From an uncultured Acidimicrobiia bacterium (GTDB lineage Bacteria > Actinomycetota > Acidimicrobiia > Spongiisociales > JAENVV01): a stretch of DNA of 64,000 bases. This document shows, one piece after another, positions 28,900 to 38,280 of this stretch; the stretch's first letter is position 1, and every line of letters starts with the position of its first letter. The DNA is taken from contig CAZRJG010000004.1 of assembly GCA_964600365.1 (NCBI GenBank), forward strand, positions 7,487-71,486. Direction: 5' to 3'. Below the pieces are notes generated by a model. The model was not told where the DNA came from. It searched no databases and saw nothing but the letters and a program-made list of their open reading frames with translations. The translations under genes and the position numbers were made by a program.

Positions 28900-30015
28900 A
28901 TGCGTTCCAGAACCCCCGAATCGCTCATACGACACCTGCACGGTCCCGGCCCGTCACCCGTGCCGCCCTCCGTGCTCGAAGCACTCGCCCTCCCCGTGGT
29001 GGGGCACTTGGACCCGGAGTTCGTGGCGATCATGGACGAGGTGTCCCAGGGTCTGCGAGACCTGTTCCTCACCACGAACCGCCTCACCTTCCCCGTGAGC
29101 GGTACGGGATCCGCGGGGATGGAGGCCGCCGCGTTCAATCTCCTCGAGCCCGGTGATACGGCCGTGATCGGGGTGAAGGGCGTCTTTGGGGCTCGGATGG
29201 CCGAAGAGGCCCGCCGGGCGGGTGCCGAAGTGGTCGTCGTGGAGGGCGAGTGGGGTCGTGCCATCTCCACCGAACGGCTTGCGGAGGCAGCCCGAGCCCA
29301 CGGTGCGAAGGTGGTCGGGATCGTCCACGCCGAGACCTCCACCGGGGTTCGACAGCCGGTCGAGGAGTTGCGGCCGGCATTGGGACCGGATCCCTATCTC
29401 CTCGTCGACACCGTGACCGGCCTCGGCGGGATACCCGTGCGCGTCGACGAGTGGGGGATCGATGCGTGCTACTCGGGCACCCAGAAGTGCCTCAGCGTCC
29501 CGCCGGGCCTCGCACCGATCACGTTCAGCGATCGTGCCGTGGAGATGATCGGCGAACGGTCGACCCCGATCCGCTCGTGGTACCTCGACACCACGCTCCT
29601 CTCGGCGTACTGGGACGATGCCGATTCATCGAGGTCCTACCGCCACACCGCCCCGATCTCGATGGTCTACGCCCTCCACGAAGGACTTCGGATGGTCCTC
29701 GAGGAGGGGTTGGAAGCGACGTGGGCTCGTCATGCCGAGGCTGGCGGCCACCTCCAATCGGGCCTCGTCGATCGGGGCTTCACGCTGCTGGCACCCGAGG
29801 AGCATCGACTCCCGCAGCTCACGACGGCGTTCCTCCCCGATGGCCTCGATGACGCAACGGCGCGTCGCCGCCTCCTCGAGGAGTTCAGGATCGAGGTAGG
29901 AGGCGGCCTCGGCCCCTTCGCCGGCAAGATCTGGCGGATCGGGATGATGGGCCACGGGGCCACCGTCGAGGCGGCCGACCGGATCCTCGGCGCCGTCGAC
30001 GCCATCCTGGGCTGA
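28900..30015 (+). CDS. Class V aminotransferase, alanine-glyoxylate / serine-pyruvate aminotransferase family
   Basis: 371 aa; HGPGPSPVPPSVLEAL N-terminus and SGTQKCL PLP-lysine region. Confidence 0.85.
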   Translation: MRSRTPESLIRHLHGPGPSPVPPSVLEALALPVVGHLDPEFVAIMDEVSQGLRDLFLTTNRLTFPVSGTGSAGMEAAAFNLLEPGDTAVIGVKGVFGARMAEEARRAGAEVVVVEGEWGRAISTERLAEAARAHGAKVVGIVHAETSTGVRQPVEELRPALGPDPYLLVDTVTGLGGIPVRVDEWGIDACYSGTQKCLSVPPGLAPITFSDRAVEMIGERSTPIRSWYLDTTLLSAYWDDADSSRSYRHTAPISMVYALHEGLRMVLEEGLEATWARHAEAGGHLQSGLVDRGFTLLAPEEHRLPQLTTAFLPDGLDDATARRRLLEEFRIEVGGGLGPFAGKIWRIGMMGHGATVEAADRILGAVDAILG

Positions 30016-30234
30016 TCGCGCGGCCGGTGGACACCGTATGGGTGACGGGGGATGAGGCCTGCCCCTTCACGACGCTCTCCTGTGACTTCGTCGACCGGTC
30101 CCGGGACGAGCGTGCCTCGGACCACAGGATGGCTCGCCACCACGCCAGGCCCGATCGGCTCGGTGGTCTCCCCGAGGTTCGTGCTCAGGCGCGTGGAGTG
30201 GTCGCGGCGACGCTGGCGGGGGAGTGGTGAGGAG

Positions 30235-30531
30235 TCAGTCGCCGTGGACGAGGACCTGGAGGAGTGCGCCGATCGCGAGGTGGTCCTCGAGGGGGTGGCG
30301 CAGCGGCTGGTGCGCGTGGACCTCGTAGTGGTTGCGTCGCCCGACCCTCACGTGGGACAGGTACCCTGCTGCCTCGAGCTCCGCAACGATGCGTTGGGCG
30401 GCCCGCTCGGTGATGCCGACCTTCGCGGCGACGTCACGAAGTCGCACGTCGGGATCTGCGGCGATGCAGAGCAGCACATGGGAGTGGTTCGTGAGGAACG
30501 TCCATTGCGAGGTCTGGCGGAAGTCGGTCAT
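30235..30531 (-). CDS. Winged-helix transcriptional regulator (MarR/ArsR-like), divergent from the mrp operon
   Basis: 98 aa; LRDVAAKVGITERAAQRIVAELEAAGYL HTH. Confidence 0.65.
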   Translation of the reverse strand: MTDFRQTSQWTFLTNHSHVLLCIAADPDVRLRDVAAKVGITERAAQRIVAELEAAGYLSHVRVGRRNHYEVHAHQPLRHPLEDHLAIGALLQVLVHGD

Positions 30532-30584
30532 GACTGATCCACAGTCTATATACGTATACAAATTCGTGTAAAGTAATTCGTGAC
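30532..30584. promoter_or_regulatory. AT-rich divergent promoter/operator region between the wHTH regulator and mrpA
   Basis: 53 bp containing a perfect palindrome TATACGTATA (30549..30558) and the direct repeat AATTCGTG at 30561..30568 and 30575..30582. Confidence 0.5.
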
Positions 30585-32873
30585 ATGAGTTCTCTCCTCC
30601 TGTGGCATGCCCTCCTTGCCGGTACGCTCCTCGCCGGACGGCGTCGCGTCGGGCGCGCGGCGTTCCTCGTGGCAGCGCTGGGTCCGGTGGCGACGGTCGC
30701 CTGGGTGGCCGCGAACGGCCGCGAGGTGCTCGATGGTTCCCCGGTCGTCGAGGTCCTCGAGTGGGTGCCGAGCCTCGAACTCGTGCTCGACTTCAAGGTG
30801 GATGCCTATGCCCTCCTCTTCCTCGGGGTGGTGGGCGTCGCCGGCACGGCGATCTTCCTCTACTCGTATCGGTACTTCGGGCCTTCCCCGAAGGTCGCGA
30901 CGTTCGCCGGGACGATGACGCTCTTCGCCGGGGCGATGGTGGGCCTGGTCGCCTCCGACCACCTCCTGTCGGTGTTCTTCTTCTGGGAGCTCACAACCAT
31001 CACGTCCTACCTGCTCATCGGGTACGACGACGAGAAGGCCCAGGCCCGATCCGCCGCCCTTCATGCTGCGCTCGTGACGGGGGCCGGTGGCCTGGCAATG
31101 CTCGGTGGGCTCGTCCTGTTGGGCTCCGCCACGGGCACCTACCACCTCTCCGAGATCGTGGCGTCGCCGCCCGAGGCGACCTCGCTCATCGGACTTGCAT
31201 GGGTGCTCGTCCTGCTGGGCGCCGCAACCAAGTCAGCCCAGTTCCCGTTCCATGCGTGGCTCCCGGGGGCCATGGCCGCGCCGACCCCGGCGAGCGCGTT
31301 CCTCCACTCGGCCACGATGGTGAAGGCCGGTATCTTCCTCGTCGGACGCCTCGCCCCCGCCGCAGAGGCCTCGACCGATTGGTGGCAGGGGACGGTCCTT
31401 GCGATCGGCTTCGCCACCATGGTCATCGGCGGGTGGCGTGCCCTCCAGCAGACCGACCTCAAACTCATGCTCGCCCACGGCACCGTGTCGCAGCTCGGCT
31501 TCCTCTTCCTCCTCATCGGTGCGGGATCACCGGAGCTGCTGTTCGGGGGCCTTGCCCTGCTGCTCGCACACGCCATGTTCAAGGCGTCGCTCTTCATGGT
31601 CGTGGGCGCCATCGACCACGAGGCGGGCACCCGCGACCTGCGTCGGCTGTCGGGACTCCTCCGATCCATGCCGGCCGTGGCGGCTGCAGGCATCCTCGCG
31701 GCAGCCTCGATGGCTGCGATCCCCTTCACCTTCGGTTTCGCCGCCAAGGAGGCGGCGTTCGATGGCCTGCTCCATCTCGACGTGTGGCTCATCGCAGCGG
31801 CCGCGCTCGCCTCGGTGCTCACCGTTGCCTACACAGGCCGCTTCCTGCTGGGGGCCTTCGGACCGCATCATCCCGACCACGAACCCGCTGGGACCGAGGC
31901 GCACACCCCCCGCACCGCGTTGCTCTGGGTTCCTCTCTCCCTGGCGCTCGGTGGCCTCGTCCTGGGCTTCTTCCCCGGCGTGCTCTATCCCTTGATGAAG
32001 GATGCCGCCGAGGTGGTCTACGGCGAGGCATCGGGCAAGCTCGTCCCATGGCCGGGCCTCGTGCCGGCGTTGGCGTGGTCCTTTGGGTCCCTCACCCTCG
32101 GTGCACTCCTCGTGTGGCGCCGACAGCTCCTCGACGCGGCCATTTCCGGGGTCTCCCGTGTCTCTGGCCGTCTTCCTTCCGGCGAAGGGGCGTTCCGGCG
32201 CTTCGTGGCGGGGCTCCTCTCCTTCTCGGACAGGACGTCGTCGCTCATCCAGAACGGATCGCTTCCGTTCTACCTCGCCCTCATCGCCGCAACGGCGGTG
32301 GTCGTGCCCTCGACGGCGTTCCTCGGCGGCGGGCCCACCATCGATCTCCCTGAGGTCGGGACCCCCCTCGAGTTGCTGCTCGGCGTCGTGGTGGTCGTCG
32401 CCGCCGTGACACTCCTCACCGTTCGCCGTCGATTCGCAGCAGTGCTCCTCGTTGGTGCCGTGGGGTACGGCGTGGCGGGTCTGTACGGGCTGCTCGGCGG
32501 GCCGGACCTCTCGCTCACCCAGCTCCTCGTCGAGACCCTCGGCGTGTCCCTCTTCGCCTTCGTGTTCCGGTACCTGCCCGCCGACTTCACCGTGCCGCGG
32601 AGCCCGCGGGTCTCCAAGATCCTCGTCTCCGTCTCGGTCGCAGCATTCGTGTTCGTCGGAGGGCTCATCACGTCGAGTGTCCAGCCCGAGCAGCCCGTCT
32701 CGGACACCTACCTCGCCGAGTCCTACCCGGAGGCCCAGGGCGGCAACGTCGTGAACGTGATCCTCGTGGACTTCCGAGGCTTCGACACCCTGGGTGAGAT
32801 CACCGTGCTGGTGGCAGCCACGCTGGGGGCCGCCGCACTCGTCGTGCCCGTGCTCCGGAAGGAAGACCAATGA
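30585..32873 (+). CDS. mrpA: Na+/H+ antiporter Mrp subunit A (MnhA, with its MrpB-like C-terminal domain)
   Basis: 762 aa NuoL-like; ATGA coupling to the next gene. Confidence 0.9.
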   Translation: MSSLLLWHALLAGTLLAGRRRVGRAAFLVAALGPVATVAWVAANGREVLDGSPVVEVLEWVPSLELVLDFKVDAYALLFLGVVGVAGTAIFLYSYRYFGPSPKVATFAGTMTLFAGAMVGLVASDHLLSVFFFWELTTITSYLLIGYDDEKAQARSAALHAALVTGAGGLAMLGGLVLLGSATGTYHLSEIVASPPEATSLIGLAWVLVLLGAATKSAQFPFHAWLPGAMAAPTPASAFLHSATMVKAGIFLVGRLAPAAEASTDWWQGTVLAIGFATMVIGGWRALQQTDLKLMLAHGTVSQLGFLFLLIGAGSPELLFGGLALLLAHAMFKASLFMVVGAIDHEAGTRDLRRLSGLLRSMPAVAAAGILAAASMAAIPFTFGFAAKEAAFDGLLHLDVWLIAAAALASVLTVAYTGRFLLGAFGPHHPDHEPAGTEAHTPRTALLWVPLSLALGGLVLGFFPGVLYPLMKDAAEVVYGEASGKLVPWPGLVPALAWSFGSLTLGALLVWRRQLLDAAISGVSRVSGRLPSGEGAFRRFVAGLLSFSDRTSSLIQNGSLPFYLALIAATAVVVPSTAFLGGGPTIDLPEVGTPLELLLGVVVVVAAVTLLTVRRRFAAVLLVGAVGYGVAGLYGLLGGPDLSLTQLLVETLGVSLFAFVFRYLPADFTVPRSPRVSKILVSVSVAAFVFVGGLITSSVQPEQPVSDTYLAESYPEAQGGNVVNVILVDFRGFDTLGEITVLVAATLGAAALVVPVLRKEDQ

Positions 32874-33304
32874 GGCTCGGACGTCGATCCCCGATCCTCG
32901 AGCACGGTGCCGTCACGGTCGCCGGCCCCTTGCTCATGTTCTCGGCGTACTTGCTCTTCGTGGGCCACAACCACCCCGGCGGAGGGTTCGCCGCAGGACT
33001 CGTCGCCGGCGTTGCCGTGATCCTTGCGTGGGCAGCGGGTGGCCAGGAGACCGTGCACAGGGTCCTCCCGGTTCGTGCGTCCGCCCTGCTGGGCGTCGGC
33101 CTCGTCCTTGCGGCGAGCACCGGCTTCGCCTCCCTCGTCGTGGGAGCCGACTTCCTGGAGTCGGGGTACGTGAAGTTCACCATCCCGCTGCTGGGCGAGG
33201 TGAAGGTGGTGTCGGCGCTCGCGTTCGATACCGGCGTGTACCTCGTGGTGGTCGGGATGGCGCTCGGCCTCGTCCGTGCCTTGGCGAGCGAGGACGGCGC
33301 ATGA
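32870..33304 (+). CDS. mrpB: Mrp antiporter subunit B
   Basis: 144 aa hydrophobic, MnhB-like. Confidence 0.8.
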   Translation: MRLGRRSPILEHGAVTVAGPLLMFSAYLLFVGHNHPGGGFAAGLVAGVAVILAWAAGGQETVHRVLPVRASALLGVGLVLAASTGFASLVVGADFLESGYVKFTIPLLGEVKVVSALAFDTGVYLVVVGMALGLVRALASEDGA

Positions 33305-33699
33305 GTCTCATCGGACTCGTCGTCGTCGCCGTGTTGTTCGGGATCGGGACCTACCTCATCCAGCAACGGCTCCTGACCCGGATCGTGATCGGCCTGGCGC
33401 TCATCTCGCACGGCGTGAACCTGCTCATCATCCTGAGCGGGCGTCGTGGCATCGCGCCGGTGGTGAAGGGGGCAGTGGGGCCCGATGGCATCTCAGATCC
33501 GCTCCCTCAGGCGATGGTGCTCACCGCGATCGTGATCTCGTTCGGGGTCACCGCCTTCCTCCTCGCCCTCGCCCTCCGGAGCTTCGTCCTCACCGGGAGC
33601 GACGCCGTCGAGGACGATCTCGAGGATCGCCGGATCGCTGGCGAGTCCGGAGAGGCGATGGAGCCCGCCGATGACGATGTCGAGGGAGCGATGCCATGA
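33301..33699 (+). CDS. mrpC: Mrp antiporter subunit C (NuoK-like)
   Basis: Starts MSLIGLVVVAVLFGIGTYL, ATGA overlap; acidic C-terminal tail. Confidence 0.85.
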   Translation: MSLIGLVVVAVLFGIGTYLIQQRLLTRIVIGLALISHGVNLLIILSGRRGIAPVVKGAVGPDGISDPLPQAMVLTAIVISFGVTAFLLALALRSFVLTGSDAVEDDLEDRRIAGESGEAMEPADDDVEGAMP

Positions 33700-35162
33700 G
33701 CTGGCTCCTGCCCACTGCGATCGCCGTTCCGCTGCTCGGTGCGGGCCTGGCTGCCTTGGTCGGTCGCCGACTGTGGTTCCAGCGCATCGTCGCGCTCGTG
33801 GGGGTCGGATCCGTCCTCGCCGTCGCGATCACCCTCATCTTCGAGACGGACCGGAGCGGTCCCGTGGTCGCCCAACTCGGCGGCTGGGCGGCGCCGAGCG
33901 GGATCACCCTCGCGGCCGACCGGTTCTCGGCCATCGTGCTCACGGTCTCGGCATCGATGCTCTTCGCCGTGCTCGTCTACGCCATGGCCCAGCTCGGCCG
34001 CGACGCCCTCGACTGGTGGTTCCATTCCAAGTACCAGGTGCTCGCAGCGGGGGTGGCCATCTCGTTGCTCACCGGAGACCTCTTCAACCTCTTCGTCGGC
34101 TTCGAGGTGATGCTCGTCGCCAGCTACGTGCTCCTCACGCCGAAGACAGGGTCGGGGGAGATCCGGGCGACCATGAGCTACGTCGTCGTGAACCTGCTCG
34201 CCTCGGCGCTCTTCCTCGTGATCATCGCCTTCACGTACGGCCTCACCGGCACGATGAACCTCGCAGACCTGGCGGTGCGGCTCGGGGACGTCGATGCGAC
34301 CGTGCGGACCGCCCTCGGCCTCCTCATGCTCGTGGTCTTCGGGATCAAGGCTGCCGTCTTCCCCCTCTTCATGTGGCTGCCGGACTCGTACCCGACCGCA
34401 CCGACGCCGGTGACGGCGATCTTCGCCGGCCTCCTCACGAAGGTCGGTGTCTTCGTGATCATCCGTACCCAGACGCTCCTCTTCCCCCAGGAGGGCCCGT
34501 CGACGCTCATCCTCACCGTGGCAGGCCTCACCATGTTCGTGGGCGTCCTCGGCGCGATCGCCCAGAACGACGTGAAGCGGATCCTCAGCTTCCACATCGT
34601 GAGCCAGATCGGGTACATGGTGATGGGGCTCGGGTTCCTCTCCGTGGCGGGCCTCGGGGCGGCGATCCTCTACATCTCCCACCACATAATCGTGAAGACC
34701 GGCCTGTTCCTCGTGGGAGGGATCGTCGAGTCGGAGCACGGCACCGGAGCGCTCGACCGAACGGGTGGCTTGCTCCATCGGCGTCCGGTGGTGGCCCTGC
34801 TCTTCCTCCCGCTCGCCCTCAGCCTCGCCGGAATCCCGCCGTTCAGCGGGTTCGTGGCGAAGTTGGCGCTCGTCCAGGAGGGGATCGCCCTGGGTCGGGG
34901 AGTCATCGTGGCGGTGAGCCTCGCGGTGAGCATCCTCACCTTCTATTCGATGACGAAGATCTGGAGCGCGACGTTCTGGGGCCCGCAGGGAGCCGAAGGC
35001 AGTCCCGCCGGGCGCGGGATGGTGTTCGCCACCGTGGCGGTCGTCCTGCTGAGCCTCGGGGTTGCGCTGTTCGCCCAGCCCATCGCCGACCTGTCGATCC
35101 GCGCAGCCGCGGAGCTCCTCGATCCCTCGGTGTACATCACCGCTGTGTTGGGGAGCGCGTGA
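33696..35162 (+). CDS. mrpD: Mrp antiporter subunit D (NuoM/N-like)
   Basis: 488 aa NADH-quinone-oxidoreductase-chain-like. Confidence 0.9.
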   Translation: MSWLLPTAIAVPLLGAGLAALVGRRLWFQRIVALVGVGSVLAVAITLIFETDRSGPVVAQLGGWAAPSGITLAADRFSAIVLTVSASMLFAVLVYAMAQLGRDALDWWFHSKYQVLAAGVAISLLTGDLFNLFVGFEVMLVASYVLLTPKTGSGEIRATMSYVVVNLLASALFLVIIAFTYGLTGTMNLADLAVRLGDVDATVRTALGLLMLVVFGIKAAVFPLFMWLPDSYPTAPTPVTAIFAGLLTKVGVFVIIRTQTLLFPQEGPSTLILTVAGLTMFVGVLGAIAQNDVKRILSFHIVSQIGYMVMGLGFLSVAGLGAAILYISHHIIVKTGLFLVGGIVESEHGTGALDRTGGLLHRRPVVALLFLPLALSLAGIPPFSGFVAKLALVQEGIALGRGVIVAVSLAVSILTFYSMTKIWSATFWGPQGAEGSPAGRGMVFATVAVVLLSLGVALFAQPIADLSIRAAAELLDPSVYITAVLGSA

Positions 35163-35422
35163 TGGAGGGAATCGTGCTCGCCGTCCAGGTCGTCCTCGGC
35201 ATTGCGGGACTCGCGGCCCTCGTGCGGATCGTTCGGGGACCCCAACTCACCGATCGGATGATCGCCCTCGACCTGCTCCTGCTCCTCCTCGCCGGCGGCA
35301 TCGCCACAGCGGGCCATCCAGAGGAGGACCTCCTCGTGCCCGTGTTGATCGTCGTCACGCTCGTTGCCTTCGCCGGAACGATCATCGTGGCCCGTTTCAT
35401 CGAGTGGAGGGACGCCGAATGA
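35162..35422 (+). CDS. mrpF: Mrp antiporter subunit F
   Basis: 86 aa, MEGIVLAVQVVLGIAGLAALVRIVRGPQLTDRMIALDLL; TGATG overlap with mrpD. Confidence 0.75.
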   Translation: MEGIVLAVQVVLGIAGLAALVRIVRGPQLTDRMIALDLLLLLLAGGIATAGHPEEDLLVPVLIVVTLVAFAGTIIVARFIEWRDAE

Positions 35423-36258
35423 TCGTTGCGGATGCCATCGGTGCCGTGCTCATGCTGGCGGGAGGTGCGCTGAGCGCCCTTGCCGCGATCGGGGTGGTGA
35501 CGTTCCCGACCACGCTCTCGCGGATGCATGCGGCCACGAAGTCGGCCTCGCTCGGACTTGCCCTCATTGCGATCGGGGTGGGCCTTGCGTCCACGGGGTG
35601 GGGCCTCTTCGCCGTCGGCCTCCTCCTCGCCGTGTTCTTGTTCGGCACCGCCCCCATCTCGGGACACATGCTCGGCCGTGCGGCGTACTTCGCCGGCCAG
35701 GCACCCGGGCTCGTGCACGACGACCTCGCCGATGCCCGTCCCCAGCCGCTCCAGGTCGTCGGCAGGACCACGTCGCGGTTCTCCTTCCTCCGCTGGGTGC
35801 TGCTCCTGGGTATTTGGGTGGTGCTTTGGGCCGACCTGAGCCCCTCGGTGGTCGCGGGCGGAGCGGTGGTTGCGACCGCGGTGGAACTCCTCCTCACGAC
35901 GACGCCGGGCGTGGGTCGCCTGCGGCCCTGGCCGGTCGTCGTGTTCCTCGTCCGCTACCTCTGGATGGTGGTCGTCTCCAATCTCCGCGTCGCCCGACAG
36001 GTGCTCACCCCCGGCCACAAGGGCATCCGCGAGGCGATCGTTGCGGTCCCCCTGCGCTCCGACTCGATCTTCGTGGCGCTCCTCGTGTCGAACGCCATCA
36101 CCTTTACGCCGGGCACCCTGACGGTGGAACTGACCGACGACCCGCGTGTGGTCTTTGTCCACGTGCTCCAGTTCACCACGGTGCAAGAGGTGCGGTCCCA
36201 GGTCGCCGACCTCGAGCGTTTGGTGGCCGCGGCGCTCGGCGCCGACCTCCCGGATTGA
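35419..36258 (+). CDS. mrpGE: Fused Mrp subunits G and E in a single 279-aa polypeptide
   Basis: The N-terminus has the MnhG signature SRMHAATKSASLG; the C-terminus has the MnhE signature ITFTPGTLTVELTDDPRVVFVHV; no stop between them; ATGA overlap with mrpF. Confidence 0.8.
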   Translation: MIVADAIGAVLMLAGGALSALAAIGVVTFPTTLSRMHAATKSASLGLALIAIGVGLASTGWGLFAVGLLLAVFLFGTAPISGHMLGRAAYFAGQAPGLVHDDLADARPQPLQVVGRTTSRFSFLRWVLLLGIWVVLWADLSPSVVAGGAVVATAVELLLTTTPGVGRLRPWPVVVFLVRYLWMVVVSNLRVARQVLTPGHKGIREAIVAVPLRSDSIFVALLVSNAITFTPGTLTVELTDDPRVVFVHVLQFTTVQEVRSQVADLERLVAAALGADLPD

Positions 36259-36266
36259 GGGGTCGG

Positions 36267-38093
36267 TCAGTCGACCGCGTCGAGTTCGGGGAGGGTTCGG
36301 CGCGGCTGGGAGCTCGGCTTCCCGAGCGCGATGACCCGGTCCTCCGGTCCGAGCTCGTGGTCACCGGTGAACAGGACCACGCCAACCTTCGTCTCGATGA
36401 CGAGGGGGAGGCTCACCGTCGTTGCCCGGTCGTGGAGGACGGCCGACCCCCGTGCAAGGAGAGCCTCGGGCTCCGCAACCGTGTACGTGAGCTCTTCGAC
36501 GCGTCCTTGCTCGATGTTGGCGTCCCAGGCCGGCAGGTCGGCCTGGCGGGAGAACAGGAGGTGTCCGCCGACCTCGTCGAGCATCCGGAGGAGGGATGAC
36601 GGCGCATCCTCGGGGAGGGCGACGTGGAGTTCGGGTACTCCGAATCGGCGACCTGCAAGCCGTGCGGCGAGGAGGTTGACCTCGGCGTTTGCGGTCGCGG
36701 CGACGAGGAGGCGTGCCCTCCCCGCACCTGCCTCCTCGAGGAGCTCCTCCTCGAGGGCGCTCCCCTTGAGCACGGTGAGGCCCCGACGTTCCGCAGCCCG
36801 GCAGTGGTCGGCGTTGGGGTCGATGAGCGCGACCGTCTCGGAACCGAGGTGGAGCGCGAGTTCCCGTGCCACTGGTCCGGCGCCGACGATGACCGTGCGA
36901 TCGCGCTCGTCTGCGACGAGTTGGTCATGGCGCTTCAGCCACTCGACGGCTCGGGTGAGCAGGACCGGCACGGTCGCCGTGGTGAAGATGGCCATGAAGA
37001 CGAGGATCGAGAAGACCGTCGCATCGATGAGTCCGGCCTCGAGCGCCAACTCTGCGACGATGATCTCGACGGCTCCTCGACCGTTCATCCCGGCGCCGAC
37101 GGCGACCCCCTCGCGGAAGCTGTTCCCGCCCACTCGGTAGAGGACTGCGGTCCCGAACACCTTGCCGACCGTGGCGAACACGACGACGCCGGTGAGGAGC
37201 CATGCCTGCTCGGTGAAGATGTCGAAGGAGACCTTGAAACCGGCCGTGACGAAGAAGATCGGGGCGAGGACGCCGACTGAGAGGATCTTCGCTTTCGCCT
37301 CAACCTCATGGAGCCGGTTGTGGGAGAGCACCCCCTCCTTGATGAAGAGTCCCGCCAGGAACGCCCCGAGGATCGAGTGGAGCCCTGCGAGTTCGGCGCC
37401 GGCGGCGAACACGAGGCCCACCATGATCACGAGGAGGAGGAGGGCTCCGTTGTCGACCCGGCGCTGCTGGAGGAGTGCTCCCAGTCGGGGGAGGATGCGG
37501 GTGCCCACCCACCATGCGGCCACGAGGAAGGCGAGCGCCTGGAGGCCGGCGAAGGCGATGGTTCCCGCAGCGAACGTCCCGGTGGCGCCGAGTCCGAGGA
37601 CGGCAGCAAAGACGATGAGAGCGGCGACGTCCGAGAAGAGGGCGCCAGCCATGAGCACATGGGCGATGCGGGTGTTGAGGATGCCGAGGTCGACGAGGAT
37701 GCGCGACTTGGTCGCGAGCGACGTCACCCCCATCGCAACTGCCACGAAGGTCGCGGGGATGGGGTCGTACCCCGCGGCGACCATGAGGCCGAACCCGAGG
37801 CCTGCAGGCACGACGAAGCCTCCGAGTGAGGCCCACGCGGCGGGCTTGGCCGCCTTGCCGAGGTCGCCGGGATCGAGGTGGAGCCCGATGTAGAGCATGA
37901 GCAACACGATCCCGAGTTTCCCGATCACGTTGATCGCGTCGTTCGACTCGAGGAGGCCGAGGACCGGAGGGCCGAGGACGATGCCGCCGACGAGTTCACC
38001 GAGGATGGCCGGGTAACCGAGTCGGTTCGCAACCCAGCCGCCCCCGAGGGCCGCCCCGAAGACGAGGAGGAGGGCGAGTACGTCGAGGGTCAT
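36267..38093 (-). CDS. CPA2-family cation:proton antiporter (KefB/NapA-like) with a C-terminal TrkA-N (RCK) domain
   Basis: TM domain then RTVIVGAGPVARELALHLG Rossmann. Confidence 0.85.
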   Translation of the reverse strand: MTLDVLALLLVFGAALGGGWVANRLGYPAILGELVGGIVLGPPVLGLLESNDAINVIGKLGIVLLMLYIGLHLDPGDLGKAAKPAAWASLGGFVVPAGLGFGLMVAAGYDPIPATFVAVAMGVTSLATKSRILVDLGILNTRIAHVLMAGALFSDVAALIVFAAVLGLGATGTFAAGTIAFAGLQALAFLVAAWWVGTRILPRLGALLQQRRVDNGALLLLVIMVGLVFAAGAELAGLHSILGAFLAGLFIKEGVLSHNRLHEVEAKAKILSVGVLAPIFFVTAGFKVSFDIFTEQAWLLTGVVVFATVGKVFGTAVLYRVGGNSFREGVAVGAGMNGRGAVEIIVAELALEAGLIDATVFSILVFMAIFTTATVPVLLTRAVEWLKRHDQLVADERDRTVIVGAGPVARELALHLGSETVALIDPNADHCRAAERRGLTVLKGSALEEELLEEAGAGRARLLVAATANAEVNLLAARLAGRRFGVPELHVALPEDAPSSLLRMLDEVGGHLLFSRQADLPAWDANIEQGRVEELTYTVAEPEALLARGSAVLHDRATTVSLPLVIETKVGVVLFTGDHELGPEDRVIALGKPSSQPRRTLPELDAVD

Positions 38094-38280
38094 GGTGAGC
38101 CCTTCCGTCGCGAGTATGTGACGCATTACACGAAAACGAAATCGTGCAATGCGGGCACCCTATGTCTCCTTGGGTGCCTCGTCAACAGGCGGCGTGCGCC
38201 TGCGTCACGGCGCTCGCAGGCGTGGGGTGGTCCGGCCCGGGAAGTCGGGGTGGTCGCAGGTGCCTAACCTGCTCAACCTC

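Noticed and set aside
31527-36186. Minus-strand ORFs across the mrp operon (31527..32870, 33507..34778, 35137..36186), and 39310..41121 across trkH
   Set aside because: They are antisense to well-supported membrane-protein genes and have His/Arg/Asp/Gly-rich low-complexity translations
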